Below, one piece after another: positions 1-11,711 of a stretch of 64,000 bases of DNA (position 1 is the first letter of the stretch; the number at the start of each line of letters is the position of its first letter). This DNA comes from Lama glama (taxonomy: Eukaryota), in contig JAPYYK010000093.1 of assembly GCA_028534125.1 (NCBI GenBank), forward strand, positions 992,001-1,056,000, read 5' to 3'. Position numbers and translations under genes: made by a program. A model generated the notes under the pieces. The model saw only the letters and a program-made list of their open reading frames with translations. It was not told where the DNA came from and ran no database searches.

Positions 1-929
1 CATCTATAATTTTCCATTAAAACTTGGGGGAGGGGGTACCTGTACATTCATTTTTCAGTCTGTTTCTAACTGAATAAGATGACAGGTGACTTAGAATAAT
101 GCAATGTGGCCAAACTCCTCTATCATGAAATTGTCACAAAACATTAACACTATAAAAGTAAAGCTAACATTCAGTCCCTTAAATTATTGAATATTATTTT
201 TAAAGAAGTTTAATTTTAGAAGAATTATTTAGCCTCTGGAGTTTAATACTTGTAACAGATAAAAAGAAGATTCTAAGACGAAAATGGTCTCATCTAAAAA
301 GAGGCTGGATGGTTTCTTAACAAAGCCATGACTCTAATACACACTAAACTTAACATTGGGACATGTGCAAAAACACTTCCTACCATAAGGTAATTATTAT
401 TTCTAATACAAATTAAAACGGACCAAACATTTCCAGTCAATTGTCTGAAAAATTCTCAACTGGGAAAATGATGTCAACCTGTTTTATCCTTTTTGTTTTT
501 GGTAAGATTCCAGTCCAAAAATGAAGTCATTCGTCTCATCAATTCAGGTGCGGAAACTCATTAAAACAGGTTTGGGAGCGGAGAAAAGAGATTCTCAGAA
601 TTTGGCTTCTTGGGTACAACTGTCCTGTGCCCCACACCAGAAACCTCCCGCAGCCGCTGGGGCCCTGCCCGGCCCTCCCGCTCGCCGCACCTTCCGAGGC
701 CGCGCCGCCAGCGCCCCCTGCCGCCCTCCGGACGCCCAGAGACCCGCTCCCACCCCCGCGCCCTGCGCCCGCGCCGCCCCCACCCAGCGCTCGCCCCGCG
801 CCGAGGCCGCGCAGCCTGCGGACAGGGGCGGGGGCGCGCGGGCGCGAATCGAGGCGGGGTCGGCACGAGGCCGAGAGCACGGGCGCGTCCCCCGAACCCC
901 CGCCGCGGCCAGGCCGGAGCCTCACCTAC

Positions 930-966
930 CTACGCCGTATTTCTCTTCCTCTGTGGGGGTCCACAT
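930..966 (-). CDS. DOCK3: DOCK3 first coding exon (37 nt, MWTPTEEEKYGV + 1 nt); the rest of the gene lies beyond the left edge of the window
   Basis: Minus strand reads gccATGTGGACCCCCACAGAGGAAGAGAAATACGGCGTAG|gtaggtgag. The peptide matches the DOCK3 N-terminus, there is a GT donor at 929-928, it lies in a CpG island, and synteny with MAPKAPK3/CISH fits. Confidence 0.95.
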
Positions 967-998
967 GGCCGGGCCGGACGCGGCCCCGCGGGCGCGGC

Positions 999-1130
999 NN
1001 NNNNNNNNNNNNNNNNNNNNNNNNNNNNNNNNNNNNNNNNNNNNNNNNNNNNNNNNNNNNNNNNNNNNNNNNNNNNNNNNNNNNNNNNNNNNNNNNNNNN
1101 NNNNNNNNNNNNNNNNNNNNNNNNNNNNNN
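999..1130. other. Assembly gap (132 N)
   Basis: Run of N in the sequence. Confidence 1.
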
Positions 1131-1380
1131 CCACGTCCAGACCGCGAGGCTCCACGGCCGGCCCAGCAGTCCCGGGTGGTGCGGGCGAGGGCTCGCCACC
1201 TGTGCGTCCTCGCGGCTCCCGCGCCGCCGCTCCGTCCCTCACAGCTCCGCTGCTCGGCTCCCGGCGCCGCCGCGGTTCGGCTCGCCTCAGCGGGCTCGCA
1301 GGACGCCCGCGCATGCGCTGGTCCCCGGCGCGCGGGGGCTCGCGCTGCCCGGGCTCGCGCCGCCGGAGCGCGAGCCCACG

Positions 1381-1400
1381 CGCCGCCGCCGCCGCCGCCG
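1381..1400. repeat. (CCG)6-7 trinucleotide repeat near the DOCK3 transcription start
   Basis: cgccgccgccgccgccgccg. Confidence 0.9.
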
Positions 1401-3088
1401 CGCGCCAGCGGAGGGAAATCCGCGAGAGGCGATTGGACGGCCCCGCCCGGGTCAGGACTAGCTCTTCGGCGGATCCAGGGCCCTGGGAGGCAGTGGGAGC
1501 TGGAGGAGGCGGGGCTGGGTAGGAGGGAGGCCCTCTGGCCCCCGCGGGCTTCGGCGTCCACTGCCTCCTGCCAGGCAGGCAGAGGTCGCCGCTAGATCGC
1601 GAGTCGGAAAGGGGAGAGCCGGGAAGGAGGGAACGATACCGTTTTCAGACCCTTCCCGGTGTCACCCAGCGTCAAAGCGCTGTCACCACCCCATCCCTGG
1701 AAAGGTCCCGGAGCCACCCTGCGCATCACGGGACCCGCAAGGTGGGGTCGCCGCGAGAGAACCAGGTGGGCATAGTGGTGCCCCTCGCTCTTGGGTCTCC
1801 GGGACTCCTTTTAGGGCGAAGACGCTGGCGCCTCCTTGGTTCTTGTTTAGCCTGCGCAGTAAATTTTTGGCCCTGGAACAATCAGCAACCTTCCTTGTAA
1901 GGTAACACTTCCTCGTTGGGATGAGGGCGGGAGAAGATGTGTTCCTGCCCTGAGTATTCCCTCTCCTACTCTTAGGTCTCTCCCTTCCAGGCCGTTCTGA
2001 GTTTCTGGTTCTGTACCTAAACTTTCCTCCTTTCTCCCCTCCCTAAGAATTCATTCACTCTTAGGCCTACAAGTATCACCTCATTCCTTGGGTCAACAAC
2101 TCATCAAAGACCAGGAAAGTCCTGGCAACTGTAGAACTTCTCTTTTCCACCTACATCTGGACCGCATGGTGTTCCTAGCCCTAATCCCAACAAATCTATA
2201 CATCTCTGTCACCAGCACTACCAAGTCAAAACCGTGATGTATCCCTCACCATCTTCTTGGACATCCCCACTCTTCAAAGCCCAGCTCAGCACCTCACCCG
2301 CAGAAAACCTTCCCTGATCCTGCAGCTAGCAGATTGGATCCTTCTTTTGCCTGGGATTCAAGCTGTGTTCATGTGTGTCTTACTTTTTCCATAAGACTGT
2401 CAGCTCCCAAAAGGCAAGCTCCAAGCCAAAGGCACCTTTCTGGCCCATCAGCACCCAGCCCAGCATCTGACACACACTTGTTGAATAGGAAGCAAGACTA
2501 ATACAAAAATATCTATATCTTGGCAATCAACAGATCTTGTTGATTCTTCATTCACAATGTCCTTTATGATTGTTAAGGCCTGACTGTGCTCACCTGGATT
2601 ATTGCCACAGACTCCCAATTCCTGACCTGGACTCCTCCCACCAATGAAAGCTGCCCACTCTTGCCCCTGGAAAATGTTATGTAAATAATGGAGTTTCTCA
2701 ATAGCTAGCTACTTTTTTTTTGGTCCAAGAACATAATGAAAGAGATATACTTATTTATGTAGCTTACTGTTCCAGGAAGATAGACCCCCTGCCAATGGCC
2801 ACCGTGGAATGTTTGCCACGGAATGAAGCCACAGTCCCACAAAGCTTTCTCCAGAGAGCTATGCAGCAGGCAGGGCTAAGTTACACAGACCTTCTGAACA
2901 ACCTTAAAAAGCTCTAGTTCCTTTAAAAAAAAAAAACCCTCTAGTTCCACTCCATTGTCTGGTGTATGTGATGACAGTCTCAGAGCTTTTCCCCAAAGTT
3001 TACTCTGTTGTTTCCCATCTGAATCCATCTTAGATGATGACTTCCCCAGATGAAGACCATCCCAATCCATGACTGCACACTTCAGCTC

Positions 3089-3101
3089 GGGGGGGGGGGG
3101 G
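3089..3101. repeat. G13 homopolymer
   Basis: Directly visible. Confidence 0.9.
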
Positions 3102-3779
3102 CAAAGGAAAAAGAAAAGGGGCCAAGGTGAGAAGGAAGGCATCTCATAAGACCCAGACTCCTACAGTCTTGCCATTTGCACTAAATTTACATTGTTGTCC
3201 TGAGTTGAAGCAAAAGGGCATAGCACACGTGGAAAATCGGCCTTCATCAGGACTATGCACCTGCTCTCATTACCCACAGCTTGTGCTCTGAGCCCTTCCT
3301 CAAGCTCTCAGTCCACTCGACTAAGTAAGGCTTTCAGTCTGCTCTCACCTCTCACAAACACACCTCTCCTAGCATGTGAACTGACTTCCAGCTGATCTCT
3401 GCAAATCAGCACCCTGCCCTCCCTTCCTTCCCACCCACTCTTCCGTATGTTACCACCACCCGGGTGCACTGCCTGCTCCTTCTCAGGATCCCCAGGAACC
3501 TACTGCACTGTTGTTGCCCCTGTCCCCCATTTTCACCATGTTCTGCCCCAATGGGCTCCTTCTGTGGTCCCAGGAACACCTGCCCTGTTGGTACCCTCAT
3601 CCCCCGTTCCCTCCCTCCTCCTCTCTCCATCTGAGTTCAAAGAAGAATTATCCACTCCAGACCCTTTTATTTCAACACAATCCATTTGGCTCTCTGTCCC
3701 CTAAGGTCTGGTTTCAGATCCTGTCACCTCCTGGAAATGGCTCTCCCAGAAGTCCCCAAGGCCATCCCAGCTCCAGACA

Positions 3780-4140
3780 TAGCACATGCTATTCCCTGGC
3801 TCTTGCTGGGCCTTTGCGTATAATATCCCTCAGCCCATGTACTCTCCTCTCCTGAAACTTATGGATCCTCCTCACCCTCCAAGAGCTACTTTCCCCGGGA
3901 AATCTTCCCCAACTGCCCTTGACTGAAGGGAATTTTGCTCTTCTATGAGAGCTTTTCCTGTAGCACTTGCTTATCCCATCCTGCTCCAAGAGGTCAAACA
4001 TGTCCACCATGCATATTGACAAACATCTGTTTCCCTCTTCAGTGGTGAAGATCACTCTTCACTTATTTTTACCCCACAGAGACTAACATAGTGTCTGCCA
4101 TCTAATAGGAATTCAACATATACTCCTGGGTGAATGATCC
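3780..4140 (+). mobile_element. Degenerate LINE-2 3' fragment
   Basis: L2-like text ending in ...taacatagtgtctgccatctaataggaattcaacatatactcctgggtgaatga. Boundaries approximate. Confidence 0.55.
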
Positions 4141-6507
4141 GCCTGTATGTTTCCTGAGGTCTAATAAAATAGGTTGGAAAAGAGAACTGAGAAATTTACT
4201 TCAAGTCACAAATCCCCAAATTCAGAAACTTGAGTTAATTAGACTAAGTTTTTTTTGATATAGGCACATTGGCTTTAATTAAAAATTCATTGAGACATGT
4301 TACTGAGTAGTTGTGTAAAAAATAATCATGGTGGAGGAATTTATCTAACAAATAAAGAAGTCTGCAAACAGTTTGAATTAACATGTCACTATTACTTTGG
4401 GGTTGAACTCATAACCTCAGATAATAAATTGCATTGTAATAAATGAGTGAAGAGGAAATCAAGTTTTCAGCAGGGTTTTTCTTTAAGACTGGTGGCTATT
4501 AAAAATAGCCTATAACCAAACATTTTGTAGTAATATACAAGAAATGCAGACAGCATCATCTTTTTCTCCTAAATGGAACTCAAGTTAATCACCAGTTTTT
4601 TAACATAAGCAAACTTCATAATGATAAATCCCTTATCACCTTTGTGAAATAAAACTGGCCCTCTACAAAGCTCAATGAGCTATACTTCATATCTTCTCTC
4701 CATGTTTTCTGCTGCCTGGTGAATCAGACAGCAGCATTTAAGGAGCCAGCCAGTCTGATGACTCAGCTCATAAAACAATGTGTGGCCACAAAGATGATGT
4801 TTATCCAGGAGCATCCTGGAGACTCTTGCTACTGAAGTCAGCAAGCAATAGGCAAGTGGTACACGATGCTCACTCTCCCAAGAGTTTCTGGCCATGGTGC
4901 CAGAGCAGCACCCACTTCCCTCTCCTAGCAGGTGATCTCATCTGATGCTCTGTCCAAGCAAAATGATGGGAAAATCCTAGAGAAATGCAGTGGGAATAGC
5001 GGCAATTGCAAACAAAGTGCAGGTGATAGTGGTGACATTATGCCTTCTGATCAGGAAGCGCCTGCACCTAGAACTTATGCCCATCTGCAGCCCAGGGGCA
5101 GGTGGATAGAAGGCTCAGAATACATGTTACCCAACTCATCTCTGCCTGCTAGGTTCATCTAAGAGCGAGTCTGCTCTGATTAATCAACATCTACAGAGAT
5201 GGTTTCCTTCATGGCAGAAAGACACCCAAGCTAGTCTCACTTCACCATCACCCCTTAGGTTCCCCCAAAGCAACACCTTTTAGGAAACCTCCTCTCAGGA
5301 GGTAACATTGGAATAAAGGACTAACAGAGTAGGTTAACACAGAGATGGCTGACAGAGAGTCCTTTCAGGTGAAGAGACCTAAGTGACAAAGATATTATTA
5401 GTATTTTGCTTTAGATTTTGTTGCATGTGAATATCTTTGTGGTGGGGAGCGGATAGGGAAGAGTGTGAAAAAGAGACAGATTAAGCAGTGCAATATTTCA
5501 TTATTTTCCCTAAAATGACAAACTTTAACCATCTGTTCCTATTTTACCAACCCATTCAAAATATTATTAAAATGCAGATTCCTTCCAGTTAGCCAGGGTC
5601 TTTTAAATGAGAAGTGACCAAAGCTTCCCTGATTTCAACCGCTGGAGACTGATCTGACACTTCTGGCAGGGCTATAGCTATCAAGCCCCACCAGGAGAAG
5701 CACCTCTGGAAAAGTCACAGGCTTCTCAGCACCTTCCTCCTGTCCACTCAAGACTGTGAGCTACCTAGAGACAGTATCATGCTGGTTTTTTTGGTTTGGG
5801 GGCGGGGTTGCTTTCTCAGTGCCTAGCATGCAGGATCATAGACATAGTAGGTACTCAGTAAATATAGCTTGAATGAACGCATTAGCAAATATGTATTTGC
5901 TTTTTTCCCAGAAATTTATCTTTGTTCCAATATGGTTTCTGTTTGTTTATTGTTTATTTCTGCCCAAGAAAATGAAAGGAGATAGAATAAAAAACAAGAT
6001 ACCCCCTGGAAGGAGGGGCAAAATGATAGAAACTTGGCATCACTTAGATCACCTTTCCTTTTGGGGGAAATAACTGTGCCCTTGAATTTCTGCACTAAGT
6101 CACCAAGGAGGAATTGAAATTAAAAACCTTAGAGAGTAATTAGCAACAAAACGTTCTAATGTCAAGAAGTGAATTTTATGGGATCATATTTGTAATATTA
6201 ATTGGGCCTCTGTGTAGCCAAGGGGTGAAATTATTGCTCCAATACAAATAGACCCAAAAGAGAAAAACAGCCCAAAATAGCACTGATATTGCAAATCAGG
6301 ACAGAGATAATTTCTCGACACATAAAAAGCAACCAATTGCAATGCCTTCACCAATTCGCTTGAATTAAGTGCAAAACATAGCATGTTTGTTTGGTGTAGC
6401 ACCACCTACCCCATCTCTGAATTGCTGTGGGGCTGGGGCTAGAAAGAGAACTCAGACTTTGCTCCCACCAGCTCCTCATAATTTTCACCTCAGCATATGG
6501 GAAATTT

Positions 6508-7010
6508 TAATCATTCATCCACAATATTGATTGAGTACCTGTTACGGACCAGGTCCAAAGCAGAAGATGTTCAGTCTTTCCCGTCACAGAGTTTACCATC
6601 TGGGTGCGGGGGCAGAGACACTGAACCAATTATCACACAAGCAGATCTCTGATTTAGGGACATAAGTACTAGGACAGAGGAGCACAGTGCACAAAGGGAG
6701 CATCCACCAGGGGGCCTGACCTGGTTTGATAAATCAGAGAAGACTTCCTGGAGGAAATAATGTTTAAACTGGAACCTGACAACGCAGATGAATCAGCCAG
6801 GTAAAGTAGGAGAGAAAGTGCTCTAAGCAGAGAGAGCAGCATTTAGGGGAGGTAGGTCTGGTGAGGAAGGAGCTCAATGTCTCTGAAGAACAGGAAGGCC
6901 AGTGCGACCAGGATGTGATAAGTGAGCAAGCAAATACGAGGAGAGTGGGGAAACATGTGGCTAGAGTGGGAGGCAGGGCCAGGTCTTGGGACCTTACCGG
7001 GTCCCATGAC
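6508..7010 (-). mobile_element. Degenerate LINE-2 3' fragment
   Basis: Starts tcattcatccacaatattgattgagtacctg (reverse complement of the L2 tail), followed by typical ...cagagaagacttcctggaggaa... sequence. Boundaries approximate. Confidence 0.65.
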
Positions 7011-7984
7011 ATGGGGGCACCAACCAGTGCTGGGCCTTGGGTCAGAAGCAGAGATGAAAGACATGAGTATGATCAGGCCCTAGAACCAGACCTCTCAAGG
7101 AGATCTTTGGATGTTGGGGGGAAACCTAGGCAAATACCCACCCACTTGAGTGCTGGGCTCAGAAACACCACTATACATTCCCTAATCCTCTGCATACCCA
7201 ACAAAGGCTGTGCAGAACCACTCCTCACCTGAGACTGCTCCAGGCTTCCCTCTCCTCTTTAAGCCAATCCTTCCTTGATTCTCAAGGCAGCACACCTGAG
7301 TGTAGACTCAGCCCTTCCCTCCCAGGCTCAGAGAGAAGAGCAACTTACCTCCTGCAGGGCCAACTCTCCAGAGTCTAGGAGTGGTCCTGGGGCCCCCTGC
7401 TTCAATTGTGACCTTAACAGTCTGCCTGTCCCCCACAGCCCTACCCGTGCTGAGGGTCTAGGAAAGAATGTCACCAAGCATGCCAAGAAACAACTGGCCC
7501 TGAGTCTGATCAGGAACTACTGCTAATCTCTTTCTCGAGGAACATTTAGTAGAGGATAAAAGTTTAAAAAAATAATTTAAAGAACTCGCCCCTGAGAGCA
7601 CACCTTAGATGTATACTTGGAATGTGCCCCAGGAACCCTGACCCAGAAAGCAGCAGCACCAATGCCCACCTTGTTGCCACTGAGAAACAACTCTAAAAAA
7701 TGGAGCCTATTTTGTTCTCCAATTAGCACCGAAGGCAATAGATCAGAATTTAAAATATGTAATCATGAATTATGGAACAATCGTGGAAGCGACTCTGACC
7801 CAGAAAAATGCCATGCCAAGAGCCATGGTAATTTTTCATGAGAACTCATCACCAGGTGATCTCTGCCGAAACCACAACCCACACTCAGCCTGTCCCAACC
7901 CCGACCCCAACCTGTCACTAGAGGCTACGGCCAGCTCTTGGGCTTTTTTAAGTTATAAGTGACCTAGCAAGAGCAAAGAGAGTT

Positions 7985-8180
7985 CGAAGGCTCTGGGTTC
8001 ACATTCAGCTCCAGACACTTTGCAGCTGGACTCCAAGCAAGTAGCTTAACCTCTCTGACCCCAGTTTCCTCCTCTGTCAAGTGGGAATAATAATGGCTTC
8101 TACATGAGGGATGCATATGAGGAAAATGCCTGGGAAACTCTCAGTACAGAACCTAGCAGAAGGTAATTGTTCACTCAACA
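7985..8180 (+). mobile_element. MIR SINE
   Basis: Core aagtagcttaacctctctgaccccagtttcctcctctgtcaagtgggaataata. Confidence 0.7.
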
Positions 8181-10498
8181 TTGGAACTTTGCTCCCACCC
8201 CACCAGCTTGGATTGCTTTCCAGAAATGCTGGGTCTTTTTGCTTTGGGGAACCTGCTTCTACTCCAGGCAAGCCTGTAAGAGCTGATTCGGTCACCCCCA
8301 TCCAGCTGGGCTGGCCTCCCGCAACCGCCTCTTACCAGGCAGCACTTAGCTCAGCACTAGCCCCTTCTCTCTATTTAACACCGAAAGGTATTGATTTCCC
8401 CGAGCTATTTCCATGATGTAACACCCTTGAGAATCACATAGCCCATTGGTTCCCCTCCATGACCATCATATCTCCTGCTCATAGCCAGTTTCCCTAGAGC
8501 CACAGGGTCCTCAGCTGCCAAGGCTAAGGTCTGTTTCATTCTGCACTGGTTTAAAGGTCAAACATGAATTTCTCCCCATTATTGTACTGTGTCTTGTCGC
8601 ACAGACTCTCTCTGTTTCATGCATTAGTCACAGTCTTGCTATCAAATTAAATATTCCTCGGTGGTTATTTTTAGAGAAATCTTTTTCTAACTCTACATGG
8701 TGCAATAATGTGTGTGCACCCACAGCTCTGGAATCCAAGCATTACCAGGTGGGCTCCAAATTGTGTGAGGGCTCTGATTCCTCTAGACAGCAGTAGCCAG
8801 AGGAGCAGTGGAGTTTGTAACCTGACTCTGTCCATGAAATCCCCTGCCTGGCCGAAAATAATTAATCCCCCAGGCTCTGGATGATTCATCAATCAGTCCA
8901 GTAAAGGCCCAAAAGATGCTCTTAGCACAACTGTAAGTTAAGCAAACATATCTGTATCATCCCAATTGCTGGTTTGGCTCTTTCCTCATTCCTAGTGCAA
9001 AGACATCAAGAGTAATTGTGCCCCCACATCCTGCCCCTCAGTTGCAGCCTGCTCTCAGAAGAGAGCCTGTTTCCCTCCTGAGTGAATGACAGTGATGGCT
9101 TACGGAGAATCTACAGGGCAGGCCGAAAAGCTGCTGTGACTGTTCCCTGATGTTGGGACGTGGGTCTGGCCTGGGGAAGTGGCACTGAAAACCGGGCAGC
9201 AGGGACTGCTGTGACTGTGAAAACTGGCTGGAGTACGGGGTCCGGGACTGTTCAGGAAGACACAAAGTTTTGACCTTAGATCGCTGCAGTGGTTAAGGAC
9301 GGCCCTGGCAGGGCCTGGAGAGCCATTCAGAGAGCCCATTTGGAAAGTAAAAATGTGGATCACTTGATAGGATCTGCTCCCTCCCATGAGGGGAAGTAAG
9401 ACCTGTAAGTGAACCTGTGAGAAAATGAGCATCTTTTCTCACCATCAAAGAAAGACCAATTGGAGCTACAGTGAGACCCCTTCTTTGGCCCATCAATGAA
9501 AAAGAAAAGTTTTAAATGACAGTGTGGAGACCATTACGAATATGAGAGTAGCCTGCCTCATGTAGTGTTTCTCAGTGGTGTGTGTCTAGCTGACCCCCCA
9601 CCGACCAGCAACATAGTAAGTGGGAATCACAAACCCCTAAAATGTCAGTTCTGTGAACATGGTTCAAGGGACAGCACCACATATGGACATCCAATGCAAA
9701 CCTGTCTATAAATATTGGAAGTAACCCAAATGGCCACCATTAGGAGATGAATTAATTGAACACAGGGCGTTACCACATGCAATTTTATGCAACCAATAGC
9801 AACAACGAAAGTTATGTATCAACATGGAGAGTGTCTATTATATAACATTCAATGAAAAATAATCAGGCCCTGAACTACTCACAGCATGGTTATAATTACT
9901 CAAGAACACTTGCATGTAGAAACAAACCAGAGTAAAATGTACCAAGAAGTGAACCTTTCCCTCTTTTCTGCAATTTCCCAATGAATATATGGTGCTTTTA
10001 TGACAAATTTACCTGCAAAGCAGTGCAGCTTTCTGGGGAAAATAACACACATTGTCAGGACGTGGAGCTGGGCAGCACTGCACTCTGTAGTCTACCCTCC
10101 CACCCTCCTTGGAGCTCATCCCTCCTGGTGATGAGCATGGAGGAGTTCTTGAAGCTGGACTCATGGTAGAGAGCAGGGGACAGCACAGGGCAATGGATTC
10201 CTGTGCCAGCTTTATCCACCACTCTTGCCCCAGCCTGTCTCATCAACTCATCCACCCTGGCTGGCCCAGGCCCTAACTTCCAGAGCACAGGGCCCACTTT
10301 TCTCTTTCTCCATGGCCAGTGAGGGCTTTGTTCTCTCAGCAAATGCCTAGAGCCCCTCAAGGCTCCTCACTGGATGCTCAGAGAAAGGCTGCCACTCCTC
10401 TTCTCTGCGGTCACTGCCTCCACCTCTGCATCTACAGCTCCCATCTCTCCAGTTGGGCTTTGAGCCCTATTTCTCCACTGAAATGCCTGTGTTGATGT

Positions 10499-10972
10499 TG
10501 TGAACGAAAATACTGCAACCATATCGGTAAACAAAGAATGCTGAAACCAAGTCATCAGCGGCTGCTGCCACCCCCTAGTGAGGACAGGCCTGCAGCCCAG
10601 CCTCTACAGCCACTCACAATGGTGCCCTCTGAGGGGACTCAGAATAAGAAAGGACAGGATACTGGCCCTAGATAGCTAGATGTTTGTCAAAGGAATGAAT
10701 CCAATGAGCCCAAATGTTTGCTTCTTCCCATACATGGAAAAGCACTAAATTCTTTAACTTGAGATACCTAGTTTTCTTTAGATAACAAGCAATCTTTTAT
10801 TGTTCCAACTACCTGGTCTTTGTTGTAAAGCTCCTGTATATCCTAGCTCCTCCCCTAGCTCTTCGGAGCAGTTCCTCAGAGCCATCTGATGGGCTGTCAT
10901 CCCAGCTCGAGTCCTCCTGCCAAATGAAACATAACTCTCAAATTTTAGGCTGTGCATTTATTTCAGTCGACA
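10499..10972 (+). mobile_element. Solo ERV LTR (~474 bp)
   Basis: TG...CA ends with imperfect terminal inverted repeats (TGTGAACGAAAATA / TATTTCAGTCGACA), TATA-like TGTATATC at 10835-10842, degenerate polyA signal AATGAA at 10923-10928. It interrupts L2-like sequence. Confidence 0.7.
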
Positions 10973-11680
10973 CAGTCATCAAGGTTTCTCTGTTATTGTT
11001 CCATTTTTCCTGTCTGGCAGCATCCAACACAGTGACCATCTCTTTCTTGGAACACTTACTTCAAAGACTTCAAAAAGACTATACTCTTTTAGTTTTCCTC
11101 CTACCTCACTGTTCCTCCTCAGTCTACTTTCCTGACTCCTTCATGTCTTCCCAACCTCTATCCCAGGATTAAGTCTGCTTTTCATCCTTCTCCACATTTT
11201 CTTCTGTCTTGTCTGGCTGTGTGGCTTTGGAGTCCATCTAAATCATGATGTTTCCAAAACGCTGTGCCTCAAGCTCCATCACTCCAGCTGCCTTCCTGAC
11301 ACCCTGAAAGTCTAAAAGCATCTTGAAATGAAAGTGGCCAAAGCTGCACCCTCACCCCCAATGTCCTCATCTCAAAAGGCAGCATCTCCACCTGCCTAGC
11401 AGCTCAAGGCAACAGTCTAGCATCACCTTTGGTTCCCTTCTCCTTCCCCCATATCCATTCCACAGTGAATTCTGTGACTCCAAGGCCAAATACACTCCAG
11501 ATCTCCCATCCTCCCAAGCTAAACCACCCTGTCTCACTTGGAATTCTGCAGCCTCCTTGTCAGTCTCCCTGCCTCCCCTTTTGCCCTTACAATTCTTCCC
11601 AGGCAGCCAGAGGAATTGTTTTTTAAGTGTAAATCACAGCATGGCATCCTTGCAGTCAATAGAATGGCCTCCCAAGAAAC
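10973..11680 (+). mobile_element. LINE-2 fragment (appears to continue left of the LTR)
   Basis: Pyrimidine-rich L2 ORF2-like text (cagcatccaacacagtgaccatctctttcttggaacac... ttttcctcctacctcact... cagccagaggaattg). Confidence 0.65.
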
Positions 11681-11711
11681 AAAGCTTCAGTTACTTACTC
11701 TGTCTTACTCT

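Larger units (their letters stand above)
640..1860 (-). promoter_or_regulatory. DOCK3: DOCK3 CpG island / promoter
   Basis: Very GC- and CpG-rich. NRF1 palindrome GCGCATGCGC at 1309-1318, CCAAT (ATTGG) at 1432-1436, GC box CCCCGCCC at 1441-1448. Boundaries approximate. Confidence 0.85.

Noticed and set aside
521-1595. Several long overlapping ORFs (up to 333 aa) in the DOCK3 CpG island
   Set aside because: Stop-poor GC-rich DNA read through an N gap. Only 930-966 has protein homology and a splice donor.
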